A program made the position numbers and the translations under genes. From Nevskia sp. (GTDB lineage Bacteria > Pseudomonadota > Gammaproteobacteria > Nevskiales > Nevskiaceae): a stretch of DNA of 64,000 nucleotides. Below the pieces are notes generated by a model. That model was not told the DNA's origin and did no database searches. It saw nothing but the letters and a program-made list of their open reading frames with translations. The first letter of the stretch is position 1, and every line of letters begins with the position of its first letter. This document shows positions 37,991-47,104 of this stretch, one piece after another. The stretch lies in NCBI GenBank assembly GCA_035651715.1, contig DASRFD010000150.1:128860-192859 (forward strand), given 5' to 3'.

Positions 37991-38082
37991 GCCCGTCCGC
38001 GGCGGGCGGGCCGCATGCCGCACGGCAAACCCGCAACCGCGCAAGGGATTCCCGCTTTGGCGGGAACGGCGGCGCGCCCAGG

Positions 38083-40233
38083 CTAGCCGGCGCGCGCCGT
38101 GATCACCGCGCTCAGCAGCTGTCCCCGGTCCGCGTTCGGCCCCGCCAGGATTTCCACCTCGCCCGGCTCGAACACCGGCTTGAGGTCCTGCCCCGGGAAG
38201 CGCAGCTCGCTCGCGGCGAAGGCCAGCTTCACCGTGCCGGACTGGCCCGGCTGCAGCGTGATCTTGCCGAAAGCACGCAGCTCCAGCAGCGGCCGCGTCA
38301 CGCTGGCCACCTTGTCGCGGCTGAACAGGAACACGGTTTCCTCGGCCGCGCGCGGGCCCTCGTTGACCAGGTCGACCTCGGCCTCGATGCGCCCGGATTC
38401 GTCCACCTGCTCCGGCGACACGCGCAGCGCGGTGTAGCGGTAGCCGCCGTAGCCGAGGCCGTGGCCGAAGGGATAGAGCGGCTCGTTGGGCACGTCGAGG
38501 TACTTGCTGGTGAAGTAGTCCTTGGCGTCGAACGGGCGGCCGCTGGGGCGCTGGCCGAAGTGGATCGGCGCCTGGCCGACGGCGCGCGGCCAGCTGATCG
38601 GCGTGCGGCCGCTGGGCGAAACGCGGCCGCGCAGCACGTCGGCGATGGCGTTGCCGGCCTCGGTGCCGGGGAACCAGGCGGCGATGACGGCGTCGGCCTG
38701 CTCGTCCAGCCAGGGAATGATCAGCGGCCGGCCGGAGAACAGGATCGCGATCACCGGCTTGTCCAGCTTGCGGGCGCGCTGCAGCACCGCCTCGGCCAGC
38801 GCACGCTGCTTCCCCGGCAGGCCCGGATGGGCGCGGCTGGCGGCCTCGCCGCTCATGGTCGCACCCTCGCCCAGGCACAGCACGACGGCGTCGACGTCTT
38901 CGCACAGCTCCAGGGCGGCGGCGATGCCCTCCTCGCCGTCGTCCTTGATGCCGACGCCGCGCGCGTGGCGCAGCTCGGTGTCGGGGAAGGCCTCGCGCAG
39001 CCCGGCCAGCACGCTGACATGCGGCTCGGTCTCGCCGGCGGCCCACCAGGGGCCGCGCATCTCGCTGCCGGCGTCGGCCAGCGGGCCGAGCACGGCGAGC
39101 CGGTGGATGGCGTCGCCGAAGGGCAGCAGGTCGGCCTCGTTCTTCAGCAGCACCAGGGAGCGCGCCGCGACCGAGCGGGCGAAGTCGCGGCGCGCCAGCA
39201 GCGCCGCCGGGGCCTCCGCCGCCGCGCCGCGGCGATAGGGGTCCTCGAACAGGCCCAGCGCCTCCTTCAGCCGCAGCACGCGGCGCACCGCGGTGTCGAT
39301 CTGCTCCATCCGCACCAGCCCGCGCTCCAGCGCGGCCGGCAGGCCCTTGCGGTAGGCGTTGGCCATCATGTCGATGTCGACGCCGGCATTGAGCGCCAGC
39401 GCCGCCGCCTCGGCCAGGTCGGCGGCGACGCCGTGGCGCAGCAGCTCGCCGATGGCGTTGTAGTCGGACACCAGCACGCCGTCGAAGCCGAGCTCGCCGC
39501 GGAGCACGTCGCGCAGCAGCGGCACGTGCGCCGTCATCGGCACGCCGGCGAGGTCGGTGAAGGCCGGCATGATGGTGGCGACGCCGGCGGCGACCGCGGC
39601 GGCGAACGGCGGCAGGTGCACCTCGCGCAGGGCGCGCTCGGAAATGTCGACCGAGGCGTACTCGCGGCCGGCGCTGACCGGGCCGTAGGCGACATAGTGC
39701 TTGGCGCAGGCGGCGAGCGCGTCGGCCGCGGCGAGATTGGAGCCCTGGAAACCGCGCACCTTGGCGCGCGCGACCAGGGTGCCGAGCCAGGGGTCCTCGC
39801 CCGGCCCTTCCGCGGTGCGGCCCCAGCGCAGGTCGCGCGAGACATCGAGCATCGGCGCGAAGGTCATGGCCAGGCCGTCGGCGCAGGCCTCGCGCGCCGC
39901 CTCGCGGGCGGTGCGTTCCCACACCTGCTCGTCGAACACCGCCATCTCGCCCAGCGGGATCGGGAACAGCATGCGATGGCCGTGGATGATGTCCAGGCCG
40001 ATCAGCAGGGGGATGCCCAGGCGCGACTGCTCCACCGCCAGCTTCTGCATCTCGTGCACCGGGCCGGCGCCGCACAGATTGAGCAGGTTGCCGACCGTGC
40101 CGTCCTTGATCGAGTCGGTGGAATCGCCGGCGATGACCGGGCCGGTCACGGCGTAGCCGGCCGCGGTCATGGTGAGCTGGCCGAGCTTTTCCGGCAGTGT
40201 CATCCCGCCCAGCAGGCGCTCGATCCGGCTCAT
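38083..40233 (-). CDS. Glycoside hydrolase family 3 (BglX-like beta-glucosidase)
   Basis: 716 aa. GH3 N-terminal catalytic domain (GFDGVLVSDYNAIGEL with the nucleophile Asp) and the GH3 C-terminal domain. Confidence 0.85.
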   Translation of the reverse strand: MSRIERLLGGMTLPEKLGQLTMTAAGYAVTGPVIAGDSTDSIKDGTVGNLLNLCGAGPVHEMQKLAVEQSRLGIPLLIGLDIIHGHRMLFPIPLGEMAVFDEQVWERTAREAAREACADGLAMTFAPMLDVSRDLRWGRTAEGPGEDPWLGTLVARAKVRGFQGSNLAAADALAACAKHYVAYGPVSAGREYASVDISERALREVHLPPFAAAVAAGVATIMPAFTDLAGVPMTAHVPLLRDVLRGELGFDGVLVSDYNAIGELLRHGVAADLAEAAALALNAGVDIDMMANAYRKGLPAALERGLVRMEQIDTAVRRVLRLKEALGLFEDPYRRGAAAEAPAALLARRDFARSVAARSLVLLKNEADLLPFGDAIHRLAVLGPLADAGSEMRGPWWAAGETEPHVSVLAGLREAFPDTELRHARGVGIKDDGEEGIAAALELCEDVDAVVLCLGEGATMSGEAASRAHPGLPGKQRALAEAVLQRARKLDKPVIAILFSGRPLIIPWLDEQADAVIAAWFPGTEAGNAIADVLRGRVSPSGRTPISWPRAVGQAPIHFGQRPSGRPFDAKDYFTSKYLDVPNEPLYPFGHGLGYGGYRYTALRVSPEQVDESGRIEAEVDLVNEGPRAAEETVFLFSRDKVASVTRPLLELRAFGKITLQPGQSGTVKLAFAASELRFPGQDLKPVFEPGEVEILAGPNADRGQLLSAVITARAG

Positions 40234-40343
40234 CGCATTTTTTCCCGAGGCTGTCCTTATGATAGGGAGGGCCGGAGAAAACCACAGCCTCCGGGTGTCA
40301 AACGGCCCGTGCGGTCCATAATCAGCAACACAAGGAGGTGCCC

Positions 40344-41663
40344 GTGCCCAAAGCAGACCAGAAATCGAAGCCCGGGTTCCGCAAGCCGGCCGGCGCCGCC
40401 AGGCTCAGCCCCAAGGCGCTGGCGGAGCTGCCCGACGAGGCGCTGATCGAGGCGATCCAGCGCCAGACCTTCCGCTTCTTCTGGGAGGCTTCGCACCCGC
40501 GCAGCGGCCTGGCCCCGGACCGCTGCAAGACCAGCGGCGCGACGCCGGACGACGGCGTCATGGCCATCGGCGGCACCGGCTTCGGCGCGATGGCGCTGAT
40601 CGTCGCGGCGGAGCGCGGCTGGATCACGCGCCGGCAGGCGGTGGAGCGCCTGGGCGCCACCCTGGACCTGCTCGGCCGCGCCACCTGCTACCACGGCGCC
40701 TATCCGCACTTCATCGACGGCCGCAGCGGCGCCACCATCCCCTTCGGCCGCAAGGACGACGGCGGCGACATCGTCGAGACGGCGCTGCTGTTCCAGGGCC
40801 TGCTCTGCGCGCGGCAGTACTTCGACCGCGACGATCCGGCCGAGCGGTCGATCCGCAGCCGCGTCGACTGGCTGTGGGGCGACGTCGAGTGGAACTGGTA
40901 CACGCAGGGCGGACGCAAGCTGCTGTACTGGCACTGGAGCCCGAACAACGGCTGGGCCATGGACCACGAGATCCACGGCTGGAACGAGTGCCTGATCGCA
41001 TACGTGCTGGCGGCGGCGGCGCCGCGCTATCCGGTCGAGCCGCTGGTCTACCACCGCGGCTACGCCACCGGCCACGACTTCATCAACGGCAAGCGCTACT
41101 ACGGCATCGAGCTGCCGCTGGGCCAGCCCTACGGCGGCCCGCTGTTCTTCGCCCACTACTCGTTCTGCGGCCTCGATCCGCGCGGCCTGAAGGACCGCTA
41201 CGCCGACTACTGGGAGCTGAACCTGCGCCACGTGCGCATCAACCACGCCCACTGCGTCGCCAACCCGCACGGCCACAAGGGCTACGGCCCCGACTGCTGG
41301 GGCCTCACCGCCAGCGACGAGAAGGGCGGCTACTCGGCGCACGCGCCGGACAACGACAACGGCACCATCTCGCCCACCGCCGCGCTGGCCAGCCTGCCCT
41401 ACGCGCCGCGCGAGGCGCTGGCGGCGGCGCGGCATTTCCTGCGCCGGCACGGCGCCAAGGTGTGGGGCCGCTACGGCTTCGTCGACGCCTTCAACGAGGG
41501 CCAGGACTGGTACGCCGACACCTACCTGGCCATCGACCAGGGGCCGATCGTGGTGATGATGGAGAATCACCGCAGCGGCCTGCTGTGGAAGCTGTTCATG
41601 AGCGTGCCCGAGGTCCAGCAGGGCCTGCGCCGCCTCGGCTTCTCCAGCCCCCACCTGCAATAG
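40344..41663 (+). CDS. DUF3131 / GH144-like (endo-beta-1,2-glucanase family) protein
   Basis: SD AAGGAGG 5 nt before the second GTG. The track ORF starts at the first GTG, 40338. Family assignment is by recall of the DUF3131/GH144 pattern, hence moderate confidence on function. Confidence 0.6.
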   Translation: MPKADQKSKPGFRKPAGAARLSPKALAELPDEALIEAIQRQTFRFFWEASHPRSGLAPDRCKTSGATPDDGVMAIGGTGFGAMALIVAAERGWITRRQAVERLGATLDLLGRATCYHGAYPHFIDGRSGATIPFGRKDDGGDIVETALLFQGLLCARQYFDRDDPAERSIRSRVDWLWGDVEWNWYTQGGRKLLYWHWSPNNGWAMDHEIHGWNECLIAYVLAAAAPRYPVEPLVYHRGYATGHDFINGKRYYGIELPLGQPYGGPLFFAHYSFCGLDPRGLKDRYADYWELNLRHVRINHAHCVANPHGHKGYGPDCWGLTASDEKGGYSAHAPDNDNGTISPTAALASLPYAPREALAAARHFLRRHGAKVWGRYGFVDAFNEGQDWYADTYLAIDQGPIVVMMENHRSGLLWKLFMSVPEVQQGLRRLGFSSPHLQ

Positions 41664-41672
41664 GACCGGCCC

Positions 41673-42995
41673 TTGAGCGAGACGCTGGAACAGTGGCTGG
41701 AGCGCGAGTACCGCCACGCGGCGCGGGCGATGCTGCGCAGCGTCTCGGCCGCCGGCATCGTCAAGCGCCGGCCCGGCTTCGGCACCGAGGTGCGCGCCGC
41801 GCCCGGCTCGGTCATCGCCTCGCCGGTGCTGGGCGCCTACGATCCCGATCCCGATTATTTCTTCCACTGGTTCCGCGACTCGGCGGTGGTGCTGGAGGCG
41901 CTGCGCCTGCTGTATCTCGACGGCACGGTCGACGCGGAGGCGCTGCGGCACCTGGGCGACTTCCTGCGCTTCAACCGCGCACTGGGCCGGCTCGACGGCC
42001 GCGAGCTGGTCGCCGACTCCGCCTGGCGGACGCGCGTCCGGCCCGATTTCGTCAAGTTCCTGCGCGAGGACGCCGAGCTGGCGCAGATTCACGGCGACCG
42101 CGTCGCCGGCGAGACGCGGGTCAACCCCGACGGCACGCTGGACATCTCGAAGTGGGCGCGGCCGCAGCACGACGGTCCGCCGCTGCGCGCGCTGGCGGTG
42201 CTGAACTGGATCAGCGCCGCGCCGCTGGACGTGGCGGCGGAGGACGACGCGGCGGCGCTGCTGCGCGCCGACCTGTCCTTCACCCGGCGGCACTGGCGCG
42301 AAGCCTCCTACGACATCTGGGAGGAGGAGAAGGGCCACCACTACTACACGCGGCGCGTCTCGGCCGCCGCGCTGGAGCAGGGCGCGGCCTGGCTGGAGAC
42401 CCATGGCGACTCGCAGCAGGCGCAGGCCTGCCGGGACGAGGCGCAGGCGATCCTGCGCGAACTCGACGGCTGGTGGCTGGACGACGCCGGGCACTACCGC
42501 TCGCGCGTGGTGGAGGACGGCGCGCGCTCGGCCAAGGAGCTGGACATCGCCATCATCCTTGCGGCGATCCACGCCGGCGAGGCCGGCGGCGCGCACTCGG
42601 TGCACGACCCGCGCATGCAGGCGACGCTGGACCGGCTGGAGCAGCTGTTCGACTCGCTCTACGCCATCAACCGCGGGCGGCCGGCGCACCGCTCGCCGGC
42701 GATGGGCCGCTACCGCGGCGACGTCTACTATTCCGGCGGCGCCTATTACTTCTCCACGCTCGGCGCGGCCGAGTTCTGCTTCCTCGCCGCGGCCGGCGCG
42801 GGCGACGCGCGGGCCTGGATCGCGCGCGGCGACGGCTACCTGGAGACGGTGCGGGCCTACACGCCGGCGGACGGCGAGCTGGCCGAGCAGTTCGACCAGA
42901 ACGACGGCCACCCGTCCTCGGCGCGGCAGCTGGCCTGGAGCTATGCCGCGTTCATCTCCTGCGTCACCGCGCGCCGGCGCGCGCTGGGCAACTAG
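41673..42995 (+). CDS. Glycoside hydrolase family 15 (glucoamylase/glucodextranase-like)
   Basis: TTG start 10 nt after the upstream stop. GH15 signature DYFFHWFRDSAVVLEAL and the (alpha/alpha)6-barrel pattern. Confidence 0.75.
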   Translation: MSETLEQWLEREYRHAARAMLRSVSAAGIVKRRPGFGTEVRAAPGSVIASPVLGAYDPDPDYFFHWFRDSAVVLEALRLLYLDGTVDAEALRHLGDFLRFNRALGRLDGRELVADSAWRTRVRPDFVKFLREDAELAQIHGDRVAGETRVNPDGTLDISKWARPQHDGPPLRALAVLNWISAAPLDVAAEDDAAALLRADLSFTRRHWREASYDIWEEEKGHHYYTRRVSAAALEQGAAWLETHGDSQQAQACRDEAQAILRELDGWWLDDAGHYRSRVVEDGARSAKELDIAIILAAIHAGEAGGAHSVHDPRMQATLDRLEQLFDSLYAINRGRPAHRSPAMGRYRGDVYYSGGAYYFSTLGAAEFCFLAAAGAGDARAWIARGDGYLETVRAYTPADGELAEQFDQNDGHPSSARQLAWSYAAFISCVTARRRALGN

Positions 42996-43004
42996 GCGGC
43001 GGCC

Positions 43005-44792
43005 GTGAGCGACTCCTCCGCGCAGCACAGCCCGCCGCTGGAGGAGGCCCCGCATCCCGGCCTGGGCCTGCAGCTCGGCCTGGTGCTCGGCGCGCTGCGC
43101 GGCTCGGCGGTGCGCCGCACCCTGCTCAGCCTGGTCGTCGCCATCGTGCTGGTGCTGGTGCTCACCGCCTACGCCCAGATCCGCCTCAACAGCTGGAACA
43201 AGCCGTTCTTCGACGCCCTGTCGCGGCGCGACCTGCGCGACTTCTTCTTCCAGCTAGGCGTGTTCGCCATCATCATCAGCGGCCTGCTGATCCTCAACGT
43301 GGCGCAGCGCTACCTGGTGGAAACCCTGAAGTGGCGCCTGCGCGAGGGCCTGGTGCAGGACCTGGTGGCGCGCTGGATGCAGCCGCGCCGCGCCTTCTGG
43401 CTGGCGCACCGAGGCTCGATGGGCGTCAACCCCGACCAGCGCATGCACGAGGACGCGCGCAAGCTGTGCGAGCTGTCGGCCGACCTCGGCGTCGGCCTGT
43501 CGCAGTCCTCGATCCTGTTCGTGACCTTCGCCGGCGTGCTGTGGGTGCTGTCGGAGGACTTCAGCCTGCACATCGGCGGCGAGGACTACCCCGTGCCCGG
43601 CTTCATGCTGTGGGCGGCGATCCTCTACGCCGGCGGCGGCTCGCTCCTCAGCTACCTGGTCGGCCGCACGCTGATCAACCGCAACGCCGAGCGCTACGCC
43701 CGCGAGGCCGACCTGCGCTTCTCGCTGGTGCGCATCAACGAGCACCTCGACGGCATCTCGCTGGCCGGCGGCGAAGCCGACGAGCGCCGCCGCGTCGAGC
43801 AGGACCTGGGCGACGTGCTGGCGGCGACGCGGCGCCTGGTCACCGGCCTGACCAACCTCACCTGGATCACCGCCGGGTTCGGCTGGGTCACGGTGGCGGC
43901 GCCGATCCTGGTGGCGGCGCCGCTGTTCTTCGCCGGCAAGATCACCTTCGGCGGCGTGATGATGGCGGCGGCGGCCTTCACCCAGGCGCAGTCCTCGCTG
44001 CGCTGGTTCGTCGACAACTTCAGCATCATCGCCGACTGGCGCGCGACCCTGCTGCGCGTCGCCGGCTTCCGGCAGGCCCTGGTCGCCGACAACGCCGAGC
44101 GCGGCGGCGCCAGCCACATCGGCTACGCCGAAGGGCCGGCTGGCGAGCTGCTGATCGAGGACCTGGTGGTGGACTCGCCCGGCGGCCGCGACGCGCTGAG
44201 CGAGCGGCAGGTGCGGGTGCGCGCCGGCGAGCGCCTGCTGGTGGCGGCGGCGCCGGGCACCGGCAAGACCCAGCTGTTCCGCGCCCTGGCCGGCCTGTGG
44301 CCCTGGGGCTCGGGGCGCGTGACCATGCCGGCCGGCGAGGCGGTGCACTACATGCCGCGCGGCACGCCCTACCTGCCGCGCGGCTCGCTGCGCGAAGTGC
44401 TGGCCTACCCGCTCGACGCCGCCGGCTTCAGCGACGAAGCCTGCGCCCGCGCCCTGGCGCGGCTGGGGCTGGAGCGCCTGCAGCCCCTGCTCGACGCGCG
44501 CCAGCGCTGGGACCGCGAGCTGAGCCAGGACGAGCAGCAGGGCCTGGCCTTCGCCCGCCTGGCACTGCAGGCGCCGCCGTGGGTGCTGATCGACGACGCT
44601 TTCGGCGCGCTCGACGCCGAGCTGATGACGCGCATCGCCTCGGTGCTGCAGCAGGAGCTGGCGCACACCGGGCTGATCCACATCGGCCGCGCCGCCGAGG
44701 GACAGGAGCAGCTGTTCGGCCGCGTGCTGCACCTGGTCAAGGCGGGGGCGGACGGGGCGCCGCCCCGGCAGGATGCGGGTGCCGCGCCATGA
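43005..44792 (+). CDS. ABC transporter, fused permease-ATPase half-transporter of the ABCD/YddA (ABC_membrane_2, SbmA/BacA-like) type
   Basis: GTG start 10 nt after the GH15 stop. NPDQRMHED loop motif typical of ABCD-type TMDs. Walker A APGTGKTQLF. ABC signature and Walker B LIDDAFGALD. Confidence 0.8.
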   Translation: MSDSSAQHSPPLEEAPHPGLGLQLGLVLGALRGSAVRRTLLSLVVAIVLVLVLTAYAQIRLNSWNKPFFDALSRRDLRDFFFQLGVFAIIISGLLILNVAQRYLVETLKWRLREGLVQDLVARWMQPRRAFWLAHRGSMGVNPDQRMHEDARKLCELSADLGVGLSQSSILFVTFAGVLWVLSEDFSLHIGGEDYPVPGFMLWAAILYAGGGSLLSYLVGRTLINRNAERYAREADLRFSLVRINEHLDGISLAGGEADERRRVEQDLGDVLAATRRLVTGLTNLTWITAGFGWVTVAAPILVAAPLFFAGKITFGGVMMAAAAFTQAQSSLRWFVDNFSIIADWRATLLRVAGFRQALVADNAERGGASHIGYAEGPAGELLIEDLVVDSPGGRDALSERQVRVRAGERLLVAAAPGTGKTQLFRALAGLWPWGSGRVTMPAGEAVHYMPRGTPYLPRGSLREVLAYPLDAAGFSDEACARALARLGLERLQPLLDARQRWDRELSQDEQQGLAFARLALQAPPWVLIDDAFGALDAELMTRIASVLQQELAHTGLIHIGRAAEGQEQLFGRVLHLVKAGADGAPPRQDAGAAP

Positions 44793-47029
44793 TCCGGACC
44801 GCACTGCTGCACTTGCTGCTGTTGCTGGCGCTGGCGCCGGCGGCGGTCCGCGCCGACAGCTTCGAGTTCCATCCGCCCGCCAGCGCCGACGATCCGGGCG
44901 TGCCGGCGCTGATCCGCGACCTGGCCGAGCGCATGCTGCCGGTGTACCAGGATGCCGATACCGAGCGTTACCTCGCCAACCTGTCGGCGCTGCAGATGGC
45001 GGACAGCAACTACGCCGCCGCCGACGACGCGCGGCAGTCGCTGCGCGAGCGCCAGCAGAAGTCCGGCAAGGCTGCGGACCAGCGCCAGCCGCCGGGCCGC
45101 GCCGTCGCGCTGGACCTCTATGTCCATGCCCGCACCCTCGCCGCGGCCGGCGCCGCGCCGCTCGACCAAGCCTTCGCCCAGGCCTTCCGCGAGGCCGCGC
45201 CCAGGCTCGGCGACCGCGAGGCCTACGCCGCCGGCGCCTGGCTGACCGAGCCGCCGGAGGCGGGCCGCGACGCGCTGCAGGTGGCCTTCGACCGCAGCCG
45301 CGCCGCCGGCGTGCTGGACCAGGACCAGGCGCTGGAGCTGGTGTGGACCTGGCTGGCACTGGACGCGCGGCGCAGCGTCGGCGCGGCGGCGGCGAAGCTG
45401 GTCGAGGAGGACGGCCGGCGGCGCTATGCCGGCGGCGACGAGGTGGTGCTGCGCGGCGCAGGCGGCGGCGAGATCCACATCCGCGTGCTGCTGCCCCGGG
45501 CTGGCGCCGAGCGGCGCGCCGCCCTGCTGCAGTACGCGCTGGACCCGCCGCTGGACGATGCGCGCGCCTGCGCCGCGCGCGGTTACGCCGGCGTGCTGGC
45601 CTACAGCCGCCTGCGCGGCGGCCACGGCGCGCCGCGGCCGTTCCTGCACGAGGGCGAGGACGTGCGCGCGGTGATCCGCTGGATCGCCCGCCAGCCGTGG
45701 AGCGACGGCAGGGTGGGCCTGTACGGCGACGGCTACGGCGGCTTCGCCGCCTGGGCCGCGGCGAAGCAGGCGCCCGCCGCGCTCAAGGCCATCGCCGCCG
45801 CCGACCCGATGGCGCCGGGCATCGACTTCCCGGCGCCCGGCCGCATTTTCCGCAACGACGCCTACGCCTGGGCGCTGGCGGCGCAGTCCGCCGACGGCGG
45901 CAGCGGCCGCGACGCGGCGGCCTGGCAGGCGCTGGATCGCAAGTGGTACCGCAGCGGCGCGCCCTACCGCGACTACGACCGCATGGCCGGCGCCCACAAC
46001 CACGCCTTCCAGGAGTGGCTGGCGCACCCGAGCTACGACCGCTGGTGGCAGAAGCTCATCCCCTACGGCAAGCAGTTCGCCCGCATCGACGTGCCGGTGC
46101 TGAGCATCGGCGGCTACTACGCCGGCGGCCAGGCCGGCGCGCTGTACTACTTCGGCGAGCACCTGCGCTACAAGCCCGACGCGGACCACAACCTGCTGCT
46201 GGGGCCCTGGGCGCAGGACGCCGCTCGCGGCGGCCCGCCGCCGATCCTGCGCGGCTACACCCTGGACCCGGCGGCGCTGCCGGACCTGCGCGAGCTGCGC
46301 CTGCGCTGGTTCGACCACGTGTTCCGCAACGGCCCGCTGCCGCCGCCGTTGAACGACCGGGTCAGCTACGAGCTGATGGGCGCCGACGAGTGGCGCCACG
46401 CCGCTTCATTGCAGAGCGGCGCGCTGCGCTTTTACCTCGACCCCGCCGGCGGCGAGCGCCACCGCCTCAGCGCGGCGGTCCCGCCGGACTCCGCCTACAC
46501 CAGCCTGGTGGTCAACCTCGCCGACCGCCGCGACGCCGACCCGCCGCCGCGCGGCAATCTCGCCGGCCGCATTCCGCCGCCGCGCGACGGCCTGGCCTTC
46601 GCCAGCGAGCCGCTGGCGCAGCCGCTGGAACTGGGCGGGAGCCTGGGCGGCCAGCTCGACTTCATGCTCAACCGCCAGGATGTGGACCTGAGCCTGACGC
46701 TCTACGAGCAGCTCGCCGACGGCAGCGGCCTGCAGCTCGCCGCGCCCTGCGAATTCCGCGGCAGCTATGCCGGCGATCGCAGCCAGCGCCACATGCTGCT
46801 CGCCGGCGTGCGCCAGCAGCTGCCGTTCCGCTGCGAGCAGTGGCTGGGACGGCGGGTCCAGGCCGGCAGCCGCCTGGTGCTGCACCTCGAAGTGCTGAAG
46901 CGGCCGGACCGGCAGATCAACTACGGCGGCGGCGGCGAAGTCAGCGGCGAGGCGCTGGAATACGTGCTGCACCACATCAAGCTGCGCTGGTACGGCGGCA
47001 GCTATATCGAACTGCCGGTGCGGAGGTAG
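44789..47029 (+). CDS. CocE/NonD-family (S15 X-Pro dipeptidyl-peptidase-like) alpha/beta hydrolase homolog, secreted; nucleophile Ser apparently replaced by Gly
   Basis: ATGA overlap with the ABC stop. Signal peptide MIRTALLHLLLLLALAPAAVRA. Nucleophile-elbow region RVGLYGDGYGGFAAW aligns to CocE AVGMFGVSYLGVTQW, placing G at the Ser position. Embedded in the long shadow ORF 40874..47029. Confidence 0.7.
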   Translation: MIRTALLHLLLLLALAPAAVRADSFEFHPPASADDPGVPALIRDLAERMLPVYQDADTERYLANLSALQMADSNYAAADDARQSLRERQQKSGKAADQRQPPGRAVALDLYVHARTLAAAGAAPLDQAFAQAFREAAPRLGDREAYAAGAWLTEPPEAGRDALQVAFDRSRAAGVLDQDQALELVWTWLALDARRSVGAAAAKLVEEDGRRRYAGGDEVVLRGAGGGEIHIRVLLPRAGAERRAALLQYALDPPLDDARACAARGYAGVLAYSRLRGGHGAPRPFLHEGEDVRAVIRWIARQPWSDGRVGLYGDGYGGFAAWAAAKQAPAALKAIAAADPMAPGIDFPAPGRIFRNDAYAWALAAQSADGGSGRDAAAWQALDRKWYRSGAPYRDYDRMAGAHNHAFQEWLAHPSYDRWWQKLIPYGKQFARIDVPVLSIGGYYAGGQAGALYYFGEHLRYKPDADHNLLLGPWAQDAARGGPPPILRGYTLDPAALPDLRELRLRWFDHVFRNGPLPPPLNDRVSYELMGADEWRHAASLQSGALRFYLDPAGGERHRLSAAVPPDSAYTSLVVNLADRRDADPPPRGNLAGRIPPPRDGLAFASEPLAQPLELGGSLGGQLDFMLNRQDVDLSLTLYEQLADGSGLQLAAPCEFRGSYAGDRSQRHMLLAGVRQQLPFRCEQWLGRRVQAGSRLVLHLEVLKRPDRQINYGGGGEVSGEALEYVLHHIKLRWYGGSYIELPVRR

Positions 47030-47040
47030 CGTCCTGGCGC

Positions 47041-47068
47041 GTCATCCCTGGCGGCGCGCAGGGATGAC
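47041..47068. terminator. Bidirectional terminator-like hairpin GTCATCCCTG-N8-CAGGGATGAC
   Basis: 10-bp perfect stem between the convergent 47029 (plus) and 47105 (minus) gene ends. Confidence 0.5.
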
Positions 47069-47104
47069 ACGTGACGAAAAGGATCCGGCGCCGCGGCAAG
47101 GCGC

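Noticed and set aside
40874-47029. The 2051-aa plus-strand ORF spanning four genes.
   Set aside because: Only its last 746 codons (from ATG 44789) form a coherent protein, the CocE/NonD homolog. The upstream part is an open alternative frame across the GH144-like, GH15 and ABC genes. Similarly, 49945..53340 (1131 aa) is a read-through alternative frame over egtB and egtD that only becomes the real BaiN-like gene at 52162.
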